From positions 28,210,001 through 28,274,000 of the forward strand of contig CM022673.1 in the NCBI GenBank assembly GCA_012295275.1: 64,000 nt of DNA. Direction: 5' to 3'. This stretch comes from Chrysomallon squamiferum. Lineage: Eukaryota; Animalia; Mollusca. The notes beneath the pieces are model-generated. The model was not told where the DNA came from and ran no database searches. It was given only the letters and a program-made list of their open reading frames with translations. Both the position numbers and the translations under genes were made by a program. How positions within the stretch are numbered: the first letter of the stretch is position 1; the number at the start of each line of letters is the position of its first letter. Positions 1 to 32,010 of the stretch are shown one piece after another.

Positions 1-1011
1 AAATTTCCTCTCGGCAAGTTGTATGTGTGTTCTGCGCAGATGAATCGGCAGTGTGGGAATAGAATTTAGATTACTGACTCGACATGAATAATGATCTGAG
101 TGAAGCTCAATGGAGGAAGGCAGATACGCGTTATTTACTCGCCTTATTGAGTTAGATACGAATCAGCAATTCACAAACATTTATTCCTTATAATAAACGA
201 TGCATTTAATGATGTGATTTTGTTTAAGGAAATAATAAATTCTGCAAAGTCGAATATTAAAAGGAAGAAAAAAAAAAAAACAAAAACAAACAAACAAACA
301 AAAACTAAACAAAACAACAACAAACAAATAAATAAATAAAAAAAATAAATAAATAAATAAATAAATAAACGAATAAATAAACACATAAATATAATATCGA
401 AACAAAGAATTACAACACTCACACACACAGACACATAGACACAATTCACATACAAAAATAAAAATGAAAATATGAAATCTTAAAGCAAAATTCGATTTTC
501 ATAAACAGTCCTGAAAAGCAAAATTAAATAAATTTAAGGATATTATATGAATAAGAACAAATGAAAGAAAAGAAGACGAAACGAAATTATTCTCAGCAAA
601 GTATTATTAAAAATAAATTTTTCTTCGGCCATTATGAAACATATATCAGTTATAAGGTTAATTATTAATATTGTCATTGATTATTACACATGAAACTTCA
701 AATAACAGAATATATTATTAGTATACGTGTTACATATTTATGTCGGTTATCAGTCAAATGTTCTATATAGCTAGCGTTTATTACTTATACAAATGGAGCA
801 ACAGAATTATTATCAATGTAATTTAAAACGTAGTATAATTTATTACAGATTATATTATCCCTTCTTCTGCCGTTTAGTATTACTGTAGATTTTGTTTTGT
901 CGTCATCATCATTATCATCATAATCATAATAATTACCTCTCATCATATCACCATCATCTTCAGCAGCATCATAAACTTTATTATTTATCTTTATTATCAT
1001 TATTATTGTTA

Positions 1012-1049
<38 letters not shown>

Positions 1050-1140
1050 GTTATTATTATTATTATTACTATTATTATTATCATCATCATCATCATCATC
1101 ATTATTATTATTATTATGATCATTATTATCATTACCATCA

Positions 1141-1210
<70 letters not shown>

Positions 1211-1413
1211 TTCATAAATGTTTTGCTTTTCTATTTATTAACCCATTTATACTGTCAATTGATTTTGATTTTATTTAAACACAATTTTAATGCAACTGTT
1301 TAAAATATCTCCACAAGACAGTTATTGATTTAATAACGAAACAACATTGATGAACTAAATCTACATAACAAGTGAATTATAATTTTCTACTTCTTTTTTC
1401 TTCTTTTTTTCAG

Positions 1414-2523
1414 AAATTTATTTCCTGATAATCTTATCGAAGCTTGTTATAACGCAGTGAGTACAATAACTTAAAAAATGATGGTTCTAAGATTTACTGT
1501 TCTCGTTTCGAGTTCTCCACGACAGTTTGTGTACCCAGAGGTCGTGTTAAACTATGTCTTGTATGAGGGGACATGCAGGAAAAAATATGTTGCTGAACTC
1601 AGTAGAATTAGTCTATAGTGGCTTTCCTCTTTAACATATATATATATATGTATGTATGTATGTATGTGTGTATGTATGTATGTGTGTAGAAATACTAAAA
1701 AACAAAACAACAAAAAAAAAAAAAGAAGAAAGAAATATACCTCTCTTGCTCCTTCTCCTACTACTTTTAATACTGCTATTGTTATTATTTCTGATAATAA
1801 CAACAACATTTGCTGCTGTTACTACTACTGATACTACTACTACTACTACTACAACTACTAATAATAATAACAGCACTTAATACAACTTTTATTACTATGG
1901 TAATATTATTATAACAACACCAACAACGACAACACAACAACAACAACAACAACAACAAATATAATAATTATTAGCTATTTAATTTTTTTTTAGAATTGCG
2001 ATACATCACGAATTCTGTGTATTTAAGATTAAACCCACAGAGAGTACTTTATTAATTTTTAATAAATCTTTCATGAATTTGTTTCTGAAATTTATCTTTT
2101 TCAGTACCGAACTAAAGAAGTGAAAGTAAAGATTGAATACGACGACACCACAGAAGCAGCCAACGCAACGAACACGTCATCATCTCTCGGCTACGCCGTT
2201 TACAACGCAGTGGCCAACATCTCAACGAGCCTGGAAAATGCAACAAATATCACACGTAAAATTTAGACGTGTAATTTGGATTAATTAAAGAGAATTCAGT
2301 TTTTTATAATGCATTTAAAATTAAGTGCTATGTTTATGATAGTCTTGGTAAATCGCTAATTGTTACACAGGGCATAATTAAAAATAAAACTGTTCTTATT
2401 CCACATGGTACATTCTTGTATGACTAGTTAAATATCTACCAAACTACCACATAAACACATACATAATATTACTACCTAAATATATACATGCATAGATACA
2501 TACATACACACATACATAGATAC

Positions 2524-2601
<78 letters not shown>

Positions 2602-2768
2602 ATACATACACACACACACACACGGAAACACAAACATACATGCATTCATAATAATTTCTATCTCACTTCTTAATTAGCATACATTCTCAAATTTAAATTA
2701 TTCATCCCTTCATGAATAATCCATTTTTCGCAAAATCCGTATGGTTTGTTTCTTATTTAATGTGTAAT

Positions 2769-2818
<50 letters not shown>

Positions 2819-5800
2819 GAAGACGTATGACAGAAAGGGAACTAACGGTTGTTTCGCAGGTCCTGTGTTCGAGATGGTTCCAGAAGAGAGCGGCACGAAC
2901 AAGACGAATGTTCTGGGGTTGGTGATGTTCTCTGTGCTGTTTGGTGTCATGCTGGGACGTCTTGGCAGTCGAGGCAAACCAGTTCTCGACTTCTGCAACG
3001 CCATCGTTGAAGTAACCATGAAACTCTTCATCGTCTTCATTTGGTAAGAACCAGAGATGTAAAAAAAAAAAAAAATGAAGAATAAAAATATTAAACATTT
3101 AAGTTATATTTTATATGCTTGTTTATGGTCCCAAAGGTATTGTATGAATGTAAAGGAAACGAAAAACCTTCTGATCTAGTCTTAATATTTAAATTTTGAT
3201 GTAATGAAAATATATTTTAGTTACTATTCCTTAGCACGTTCATTATTTTTTTTTTTTTTTTTATAAATTTTTTTTTTAAATTATAATTTATCTTTATGTC
3301 ATAGAAAAAGGTATGTTTTTATGTATTATTAATCGTTTTTTTGTTGTTGTTGTTTTTGTTTGTTTGTATTTGTATTGTTTTGTTGTTTTTGGATTTTTTT
3401 TTGCTTATGGTAATCTCTGTTTCTGTGCTGTTCCTCAGGTACTCACCAGTCGGCATTGCATTCCTCATAGCTGCAAAGATTGTCGAGATGGAGGACTTCG
3501 CTGCGGTGCTGTTGGGTCAAGTGGGCCTGTATTTCATAACAGTGCTGCTTGGCCTACTAGTCCACGGCAGCATCATCCTACCAGGATTATATTTCTTGTG
3601 CACTCGAAAAAATCCATATATGTTTATCTACGGGATTCTACAAGCCATGGCAACCGCCTTTGGAACATCATCAAGGTAAACGAATTAAAAAAAAAAAAAA
3701 AAACAATGGAAGAAGTAAAAGACTTTTATAAAATAAAGCAAGACGAAGACTCAATACTATTAGTTCTACGAGTGCTGTTACTTACTATTGCTTCTATAGT
3801 CGTCACTATTATCGCGTGCACCACTGCTATTACAAACGACATCGCTGCCACAGTGATGCTGTTATTACCATTGCAGTTGCTGCTGTTGCTGCTGCTTGCA
3901 CTGTTTCTTCTACTTTTGTTGATGCTTTTAATAATAAAACTGTTATTGCTATAATATCATCGGTATCACTAGAACTGCTATTTGTACTACCGTCAAACAC
4001 CACTATGAGCATTGCATTACTGTTACTATTATTACTACCTTTACTATCAGTGTCACTACTACTACTGTTAGTATTTCTGTTACTACTATTACTACTACTA
4101 CTACTATTACTACTGCTGCTGCTACTACTACTACTACTTCTACTACAAGTATTACTACTGCTATTGCTACTTCCACTACTACAGTTATCACTGCTTCTAC
4201 TGTTACTACTACTATTACTACAACTATTATTACTACTATTACTACAGCTACTACTACTACTATTACTACAACTACTACTACTACCATTACTACAACTACT
4301 ATTACTACAACTACTACTACTACTATTACTACAACTACTATTACTACAACTACTACTACTTTGATTACTACTACTACTATACTATTATCGTCACTAATTT
4401 CATGCCACTTATTTGTGACAACAACTTTAACTAATGTTCCAAAATGATGTTTTTAAGCGATAATTTTTTACTTTATTATTATTTTTTTTAAAAACAGCTC
4501 TGCGACAATGCCTGTGACTCTTCACTGCCTGGAACACAACAACCACGTCGATCCGCGCGTGAGCAGCTTCGTTATACCGGTCGGTGCAACCATCAACATG
4601 GACGGAACGGCGCTTTACGAGGCAGTGGCAGCCCTCTTCATTGCCCAGGTCAACAGCATGGTGATGGACTTCGGCCAGATTGTTACTATCAGGTACACAC
4701 GATTAGTTTGTTATTGCTTTATGAGCTTTTTCATGAAGATATAATTGAGTTTATGAGACATGACACGACATAAATCCTTTAACACGTGCTATTTTAATCA
4801 TGTGTATTCCACACACACACACACACACACATACGTATAATACACAATTAAAATTAATGTATAGAATATATTAGACAAAATTTTTATGAAACGAACAAAA
4901 AGAAAAACATTTGAAATTACTTTTGGTTAAAAAAGTATGTGGGTGTGTGTGTGTAAGCAAAAATTAAAATACATTTATAAAATATAATATTATGCACCAA
5001 TAACAAAAAGAAAAATTACGATTAAAAATTTAAGTTCGACGATCACATTTGAATTTTTACAACTGCAGGACAAGCAGTAATACGTCAATCACTCTCCACA
5101 CACATCACATACACGAAGATCAACGACCACAACAGCAAACAAGGAAATAAAACTGCGCTAATTCTAATTTTACGACCTATCCATATCTGGTAACTACGTC
5201 TAGGGGGAAAACATTAATTATCTATCACCCCTGGGCCTTTGATCGGCACCCAGCCGACTCGGATATCGGTAGACCAATAAACGAATTGGCCCGGGAGATC
5301 TGAAACATCACGCAATAGGCCGATTTACACACAGTTTCACTGTTTCATTACCGAGTTGCGATCACACAGAATAAAACACGAGAGCAGTCACGCAAGCAGT
5401 CATTTTCATTAGGGCCTGGCTTCATGAAGAAGGCGATCAGTATTGACTGGCTTTCTGGCTCCAACTGTTTCATATTTAATTGGTTTGATGAAGACGTTTA
5501 TTTAAAATAAATGCAAATGAACGTCAACTCGTATGAATAGAGCGAGTCGTTTACGACACCCTCTCGTGATTCCCTTTGGTTTTTTTCTTTATTTTATTTT
5601 ATTATTAATACGTGAAAAAAAGGAGAGAATATTAATGCGTAACTGCAGAGCTTTGGTTGATGAAATATTTAGAACTGCCATGCTGGATTTAAAAAATAAA
5701 AAAAAATATACCGTCAATAAATAATTAAAATAATAGTGAAACAAGCAAACAAACAAACAAACGAATGAATGAATGAATAAATAAGTAAATAAAAAAATCT

Positions 5801-6785
5801 AAACAGACAACAGAAGTAAGATAAAGAAAAGTGCATCCGTGTGTTTGTAACCAAAATTTTCGTTTGTGCAGTTTTATTATTTTCAAGAGAATAAATAATT
5901 TAAATGAAAGCGATTTCATGTAGAAATTAAAATAATGAATAAACAAACATATATGAATGTTTTAATAGCTGTAAAATACTGTTTTTAATGAAGATAGCAA
6001 AGGAAAACTCATTACTATCACATGTTATTTAGCAGCAAGAAGAACTTTCTTATGCTCTTTTCCATAAACAGCAAAATACAACATACCTTATATATATATA
6101 TATATTTATATGTTTACTGTATATTGAGATAACTATATCCCTACACTATTTACATTTATATAGCATGACAAAGTTCAAAAACTGATCAACTGATATAAAA
6201 TGAGCCGAGAGTTATGCCTTTTCAAAGAATTATATACAAAGACGGCCACAAATTTACAACAAGTGCAAATGTTTAATGCCATTTATAAGAAACATTTTTT
6301 ACATGTAGTATACGAATATAATTCACCAAGACCCTTAATTATTTAAGTCTTTGATCGTTGTACCTATTTTATCAGTGGAAAAAGGTGATGGATAATAGGT
6401 TAATGTCATGTACTTTTATCGGCTTGATATTTATAATTGATATGTATATAATCAGTTATAATTGTCATGTCGATAAAAGTACACATACGCAAATCTCATT
6501 TACGTCTTGGACCAGTTAATCTGATTTAGTTCGTTTGAGCTTTTAATTTATATTTCAGTAGCTTAGAAATAGCGTGGTTTAACGAATATAATATTGATTT
6601 TGAAGTGATTAAACTATATTATTATGAAACATAGAAAGAACTGAAAGTTGTTCATAGACGAGGTTAACTTTCATTGCTTTGAGTGATGAGCATTATCATG
6701 TCACTTTTCTAGTTCTTAACCGTTCATTTAATTGTTGCTACAGTAAGGAATAGACAGTGTAATGAGTTTTAAATATTATTATTAT

Positions 6786-6837
<52 letters not shown>

Positions 6838-9302
6838 GCTGCTGCTATTACTATTACTGCTATTACTGCTATTATTACTACTACTATTACTACTATTACT
6901 ACTATTACTACTACTACTATTACTACAGCTACTACTGCTACTACTGTTGTTGTTGCAGGTTTTTTTCTTCTTCTTCTTCTTTAGATTATTTTTCTGATTA
7001 TTCTTCTTCTTATTATTATTATTAACCAAAAAATCAGTATACTTTTTGAATCGTTACTCCCAGTAACAATATTTCATCCTTTTATTTTATTTTATTTTTA
7101 TTCGACTCTCTTCTTAATTATCATTATTTTCGCTCGACTAAATTCACTGCAGTTTTATCATTAGAAAACCATTTTTCATAACTGATTACTTCGGATGTGT
7201 TCCTGACATACGCTCTCAGCCCGCAGGAACTCATAATCATTACGTTACGATTGTATAAAACGCGGTTACACATTTCCATAATGAAATCTGCTGACCTGAG
7301 TGACAGCTCTTGCGCTAGATTCTTACCGAGATGTCGCCTCGGTTTTCTCTTGTGGGTTTTATTGAAGGGATCTGTCAGACTGATTTGATTCTTTGCCATC
7401 AAATCTCCGATATTTCTACGTGCGTGGAAAAGGGTCCCGACATAGCATTTTTAAAACGATTCATAAAAAGGTAAAATAAAATAAAAAAATAAAATTACGG
7501 CCATAAATACACCAGTTTGCAAGAACTGGGAATAATGACACTCTTCCTGGTTTTTTTTTTTTTTTTTAAGTTTGTTTCTTTAATGTATTTTGTTATTATT
7601 ATTTATTTATAACGCAGTGCTGTTAATATGAAAAGCAAGAACAGAAAACAATAATTAAATAAGTAAGTACGTAAGTAAATAAATAAATTATACAAATAAA
7701 TAATTAATACATAGAAAAATAAATAAATAAATAAATAAATAAATAAAATAAATAAATAAATAAATAAATAATTATATAAAATAAAATAAATAAAATAAAA
7801 TAAATAAATATATAAAATAAATAAAATAAAAAAAAAAAAAAATAAATCATATTTTATAGCGAATATTATTCAGACTAAACTAAACCTAAACTAAAAAATA
7901 AAAAACATCAGTTTGTAGGAATAGGTTTTTCTTTCATTTGATCTATAACACTGAAAAACAGTTAAAAAACAGAAAATGTATTCTAGTTCATTTTGTTCCT
8001 CTGTTTCAGCATCACGGCCACAGCAGCATCAATAGGCGCGGCCGGAGTTCCTCAAGCTGGCTTGGTCACCATGGTTATCGTCTTGTCAGCGGTTGGTCTC
8101 CCTGTCAACGACATCACGCTTATACTCGTTGTTGACTGGTTTTTGTAAGTACTGTTACAGCAACGACATCACGGTTATACTCGTTGTTGACTGGTTTGTG
8201 TAAGTACTGTTACAGCAACGACATCACGCTTATACTCGTTGTTGACTGGTTTTTGTAAGTGCTGTTACAGCAACGACACCACGCTTATACTCGTTGTTGA
8301 CTGGTTTTTGTAAGTACTGTTACAGCAACGACATCACGGTTATACTCGTTGTTGACTGGTTTTTGTAAGTACTGTTACAGCAACGACACCACGCTTATAC
8401 TCGTTGTTGACTGGTTTTTGTAAGTACTGTTACAGCAACGACACCACGCTTATACTCGTTGTTGACTGGTTTTTGTAAGTACTGTTACAGCAACGACATC
8501 ACCCTTATACTCGTTGTTGACTGGTTTTTGTAAGTACTGTTACAGCAACGACACCACGCTTATACTCGTTGTTGACTGGTTTTTGTAAGTACTGTTACAG
8601 CAACGACACCACGCTTATACTCGTTGTTGACTGGTTTTTGTAAGTACTGTTACAGCAACGATGTTAAGTGTACCTACGAAGCAACAACGCAAACAAACAA
8701 ACAAACAATGAAGCCCAAGTTAATTCTTATATTTAAAAGAGTTAGCCCTATATCGTATTTGATTAAGATATGGAAAATATACCAAATATTGTTTGTCTAG
8801 TTTATTTCATAGGAAGTAACAACAAAAACAACAAGAATTGGCAACGATACAAATCTGAAACGAAAAATAATTCCTATACCTGTAACTATCGTATAATAAA
8901 TAATACCATACAAGTTTGAAGGAACTCACGTGATGCAGTTTCAAAGGGAAGTAACTTCTGACGATTTCATAGTCAAATGACCTACTTTATAAATTCTCTT
9001 TCTCTCTTTCTTTTCCCGATCTTTCGCTCACTCACGCTCTTTCTTTTGTCTTTCTGATCGATTCTCTTCATGTCTTTAGGGTTAAAAAAAAGAAAGAAAG
9101 TATCTTAATCTTGACGTATTTTGTTTTTTTCTTCAGGGATCGGTTCCGCACGATGACTAACGTGATGGGCGACAGTCTGGGAGCCGGCATCGTCTATGAG
9201 CTTTCCAAACAGGAGCTACCTCCCCTCGACCACGAAATGTTCGATCCGGCGACAGAAAAAGTACCCAACAGCCACGAAGGTAACGACATGACCGCCGTCT
9301 AA
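1414..9302 (+). CDS. SLC1A: Excitatory amino-acid (glutamate) transporter, SLC1/EAAT family; 5'-partial, 7 exons visible
   Basis: GT-AG exons with consistent phases: 1414-1456 ([11 protein letters not shown]), 2105-2255 (N-glycosylated loop), 2860-3043 ([10 protein letters not shown]), 3439-3675 ([14 protein letters not shown]...FGTSS), 4498-4692 (SATMP...[22 protein letters not shown]), 8010-8144 ([21 protein letters not shown]...VDWF), 9137-9302 ([13 protein letters not shown]...MTAV stop). Serine-rich HP1, NMDGT, AAxFIAQ and DRFRT motifs are diagnostic; the TM8 Arg indicates acidic amino-acid specificity. Earlier exons lie upstream of the window. Confidence 0.96.
8106..8661 (+). repeat. 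55-bp tandem repeat, 10 full copies, made of an EAAT exon end plus its splice donor
   Basis: Unit CAACGACATCACGCTTATACTCGTTGTTGACTGGTTTTT|GTAAGTACTGTTACAG starts at 8106, 8161, 8216 ... 8601, with a partial copy at 8656; few substitutions between copies. Confidence 0.97.
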
Positions 9303-10158
9303 TCGGAACCAGATCAGCGGAACGTCGGTCACTGCAACCCCCCTCAGTCGTTTAAAACGAAGGACTGTTTTGTGCACAGCCTTTTAAGAGTTTTTGTCAT
9401 CAAGTATATCAGAAGCAGTTGTTTTTAATGTTGATTATCGGAAAGATCTGAGTATGTTCTTGTGTTTTTTTCTGGGTTTTTTTAAACTGAAGAGAATTTT
9501 TGAAATAAAATATTGCTTTATATAGAACTACAAATAGGTTTAGAAAGCGGGGTTATAAGGATGTGTATTAAAAATTCGGGAATTTTTGTAACTTTTTTGA
9601 CCATCTTGATCCCAAGCATCATTTCAAGCTATGTTTTTGATACGAAAGAAAGAAGCATTATGTAAAAGGGAAGGATGATACAATGACCTTGCGATACTTG
9701 ATACCGATTGGTAATATAATAATTAAAAAAACAAAATAATGTTGTTTATTACGTATAGATGATAATAAATGTGTAAACGTAGAGCACTTTCAGGAGGGAA
9801 TTTCTTAGATTTTAGTATTAATATACATCTTTCTACACGTGAAGAATCATTATTTTTTTCATTTGATTGTATATACATATATCGAATAATCATAGTACAC
9901 AGTCAACCTCATTTCAATGGTATCATATTACTTACTGTTCAGATTATTTTCTGTTGTGGTATATCACATTATATCAGATGACGTTTCTCTTCTTTGTCAT
10001 CTAGTTTAGTTTTTAGACTGGTTCTGTACTAACTGTTAATAAGTGGTTGATGTTAACTTAATTAAATGTCCACAAACGTAAATTTCAGGTGATTCTTTTC
10101 AAAAATTCTTCTGTTCAAATTATGCCATATAAACCTGATTTTAATATTCAAGGTCGAA

Positions 10159-10194
<36 letters not shown>

Positions 10195-11202
10195 TAAATA
10201 TTGTCACGATACTAAATATAATATGTATTCGAAAAATTCGGATTGATTCCATTCGCTACAAATCACTTAAAGCATTTGAAATTCACTCTACAAATCTCTA
10301 CAGAAAGCAAAATAATAAATGATGATGATGATGATGATGATAATAAATTGGAGTACGTAGATATTTAAATAAGAACATGTATGAAACATCTAAGCAACAT
10401 ACATACCTTTTTCAATTTTTTTTGTTATGAAAAGAATCACCAGAAAATTACGCCATATGTAAAAATACTAATAATAATGAGTGAAATGACAATATCGTCA
10501 AGATCATGACGTCCATACAATATTTCCTTCTCGTTTTTCACCACTTTATATTTTGTTTATGCATCTGTTTGATTTGTATTTTAAGATTTACTGGATCATG
10601 GTGTAATCAGAGACATGTAAACTGAAGAAACTATAACTTTGTAAAAATTACGTATGCACATACTTTTTTCATAATACACACTTTTATCTTTTTCTCTTTT
10701 GTTTCCCATTTTTCTTGTTCATATTTTTTGGAAAGTAGGATGTTTCATAAACATGAAACATGACGAAAAATTATTCCTTATATTGCAATAATACAGTTTC
10801 AAAATTTACCTGTTAGTAAAATTAGTAAAAGTACTAATATATGGATTAATAATTCTAAGCAAAATTCAACACACATCTTTTGTCACTTTTGAGAAATCTA
10901 ACTGAATTTTCTAAAATCGAGGAGTGCAATAGTGTGCTCTACGGTTATTTCAGGTTATCTTTCTATCTGGCAGTCTGTATGAATGAATGTTTGTATATCT
11001 GTTTTTGTCTGATTCTATCGATCAATCTAATCAATTTATCTATCTCTCTATATGTCTATCTGTCTTTCTGTATATCTGTCGTTCTGTCTGTCTGTCTGTA
11101 TGTGAGATAGTCTATCTCTCTGTCTACCTATCACTAGCTGTGTACCTATCCATCCATCCACCCATCCATCCATTCATCCATCCATCCATCTCTATCTATC
11201 TC

Positions 11203-11265
<63 letters not shown>

Positions 11266-11746
11266 CTCTATCTATCTCTATCTGTCTGTCTGTCTGCCTC
11301 TCAGTCAGTCGGTATGGCTGTATGTATGTCTGTCTGTCTGTCTGTCTCAAGTATATGAACGTTGAGGATTTACAGACTATACTGACCTAAATTGAGATTA
11401 ATTATAATTATTCTCAAGACAACAGTTAACGTAAGGGAAATCAAAAATGTAATCTCTAATACGAATCAATAACCACTTTTTTCATTGTATTCAGAGTACA
11501 TCTTCATGGCAACCAGTTCACACATTTTGTAACATACCGAGGTCGTTTTCGTTACTGTTATTTTGTTAACTTCATGTATTATTATTATCTTGTATATATT
11601 GTTTTTGTTGAAACCACTGAACTTCATAGTGAAGTGTTACTGTTTCCAGTGTCTAGTTTTGTAGTGATTCACGAATGTACAAGTTCTGCATTCAGTGGAC
11701 ATAGGACTGTTCATTGTTGTTATTTTTGTTATTATTATTACTGTTG

Positions 11747-11786
<40 letters not shown>

Positions 11787-11827
11787 GTTATTATTATTAT
11801 TATTACTATTAATATTACTGTTATTAC

Positions 11828-11867
<40 letters not shown>

Positions 11868-13296
11868 ACTATTATTATTATTATTATTTATTGTTATTAT
11901 TATTTAATATTATTATTACGTGTTGGTGTTGTATTGTTAATGAGTAGTGCAGAAAACTGAAGGTTTGTGAAGTTTTCTTGGTTGTGAATTTGTAAGAATT
12001 TCACTTTACAAAAAAAAATGACATATGTCTATATCTTTTAAAATATCTATACATTTGTTGATTCTTTGAAGGTTGTGATTTTAAAGAAAATTATTTTGTT
12101 AACGTAACATCTTTTGAAAACACCACTGATTGGTAAATATATTTATTTTTAGCATACGCCTTTACTATAGTAAAATTTGTTATATTATTGTTCTAATACT
12201 AATTAAGGCAAACATATTGCACTGAAATTGCATTATACGAAGGAGAAATTTAACTTAAACTGTTTCTCAGTGAAAAAATTGTTGAGGCAGTTATTTCCCT
12301 TTGAACATTTTACTTCAGAATTTTGAGTCATTATAATTAGGTCACAGTCAGGACCATATTTGGAGTATATTGTGATGAGAACAATTCATTTTTTTTATTT
12401 TGTATCGTTTGTGATTTATTTATTTTTTATTATTTTTTTTTCAAATAAATTGGTCCATTAGTGGAAACGTCTAGATCGTTACAGTGAGACTTTACAATTT
12501 TTGCAGTATATCAAATCATTTTTGTTGAGGTCTTCAATCTGTAACTTTACGTGAATTCATACCATTAGTTACTCTCAAACAGGAGAGCTAAATTTGGAGA
12601 ACTAGAAACAGAAAGCTAAAATCTTGAACTCTTTGGTGGTAATGGTCCACTATATACTGATTTCGACCTAGCCACCACGAATTATGCCGTATATAACTGT
12701 ATGTAATGGTTCTCACGCAGATCAAAATTCAGAACTGGTTACAACTCGCTGTTAAAGCAGGCATTGTTATTTCAGTACGTTTTGGTTGACATCTTTACAA
12801 CTGCTGGAGTCAAATAGGGAAGAAAACTGCATTATTTTGTTCTCAAATGCACGTAACAATAAATTAATTTCAAGCAACTTTCGAAATTCACTTGCTTGGA
12901 GTATCGAACAAACAGTTATAAACATACATATATGTGTATTCAATCACTTAGTTACTTTTGTTACAAGACTTACATGTAATTATTACTGTGTAAAAGAAAG
13001 CACAAGATATCACATTTTCCCCCCTGTACTTCACGATGTTGTATTATAAGATACATATAGTTTGGTGCTGTATACGTGTTAAGATTCAGTGAGATTTGAA
13101 CATTACATACCAGTGTTTAAGTTCGTATTTATATGTTGTTTTACATACAGTTACAGTGATGTACTAAATCTAGGTAATGATAGTATTAATGGTTAGTATA
13201 ATGATAACGTAGTAGACAGTTTTATATATATATATTGATATTCTTCATCATCCTTTACTACATTTCACAAATTCTTTTTCTTCTTCTGCAGGAGTA

Positions 13297-13329
<33 letters not shown>

Positions 13330-13377
13330 ACAAAAGTGATCTGTTTAAACAAGATAATTTGAAATTTCTCTGTCTAC

Positions 13378-13477
<100 letters not shown>

Positions 13478-13566
13478 ATCTATCTATATATCTATCTACC
13501 TACCAATCTAGCTATTTCTGTCTATTATTTTTCTCTCTCTGTCCCTTTCTGTATTTCTTTGAATCT

Positions 13567-13660
<94 letters not shown>

Positions 13661-14353
13661 CAAGGCATCATGAGTTTGACAGATTAATTCATAACATGAA
13701 TTCATTCAAAAGTACTGAATACATATTAAAGCCAAATATATAACGGAAAAATAAAATAGCATCGACTCCTGATGTAACCAAATTAATTAAATGGAATTTT
13801 TTTGCCTTGATGTCTATTATTTGTACTGTTGTTTTATATAGCAACAAAAATCAAAGCAGATAAATCTAAGATAAATTTATATTCTATTTCAAGACATTAA
13901 AAATACAAATAAAATAAAAAGTATATGCAACGAACTTCTGTCAGAAATGAGCATGACGGTTTCATCATTTACAATGATAATAGCATTTTATAATTTGATT
14001 ATTTTCATTATTATATTTATAAAAATCATATAACATATGACACATCTCTGAATTTCCTTTACGTTTTTAACTTTATACGAATCATTCCAAAGTAAAAGAA
14101 TTGTTTAGGAAGTAGAATATTTTAGATGATGTTGTCAATTTAAGTGTTGTTTGTAGATGTTTGGTATTATTAAAACTTTCAACTTTAGATTGAAATAAAA
14201 AAAATATAATAACATCTGAGTGGATTGTTTTCTTTTCTAGATTAACAGGAATTTTTTCTATTAATTAATTAATTTGTTTGTTTGTTTGTGTATTTGGTTT
14301 TTAATTTATTTATATAAACTATCACGTTGTTATGTTACAGCACGACCATAATT

Positions 14354-14395
<42 letters not shown>

Positions 14396-14664
14396 TAATC
14401 AAAAAAACCTTTATGGTCAAAGACGAAATACTAGCTATATTATGTTAATGATCGTAATTAAATGTATGTATGTATGTTTGTTTATGCGTATGTATGTGTC
14501 TGTGTACTTATTTGTAAGTGTATTTGTGCTTGTATTAATGTGTGTGTTTGTATAAAGAATCCACAAAGTCGATAACCAAACAGTGACAATGAATTGTTTT
14601 TTTCTTCTTCTTTGTTCATGCGTCTAAAAAGGTAACTAGTGAACAGCAAATATACTTTAAACAT

Positions 14665-14670
14665 TTTATT
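14665..14670 (-). terminator. Probable polyadenylation signal AATAAA of the astacin-ApeC gene
   Basis: TTTATT on + strand, about 80 nt past the inferred stop codon (14750-14752). Confidence 0.55.
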
Positions 14671-14749
14671 ATCAGATACACGGGATATGACATTTTATAC
14701 CACCCACCTCAGCGATGTACAGCCTGGGTTATTACACACATTAATACCA

Positions 14750-31748
<16,999 letters not shown>

Positions 31749-31955
31749 CCTGAAATCAGAAAGATATATATATATATATATATACACAGAGACACACACA
31801 CATATATATATAACTAGATATATAGCTAGATAGATATATAGGCAGACAGATGGATCTACTGCAGTTGTTAATATTATCCCACGCAGACATAATTCAAATA
31901 TCTAAATAAAATTTGGAGAAGTTAAGTAAAAACAACAAAATATGTTTCTGCTGAC

Positions 31956-32010
31956 CTGTCTCAGAATGATCCGAAGTGTCCATAGGTCCACGCTTGTCCA
32001 CTGTTTTATA
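31956..32010 (-). promoter_or_regulatory. Candidate TATA box and short non-coding first exon of the astacin gene
   Basis: TATAAAA on - strand at 32010-32004; donor CAG|GTCAG at 31956/31955; acceptor TTTCAG just before the ATG exon. Confidence 0.55.

Noticed and set aside
8106-8661. CRISPR-like array
   Set aside because: Units are contiguous and near-identical with no unique spacers; no cas genes; eukaryotic intron context.
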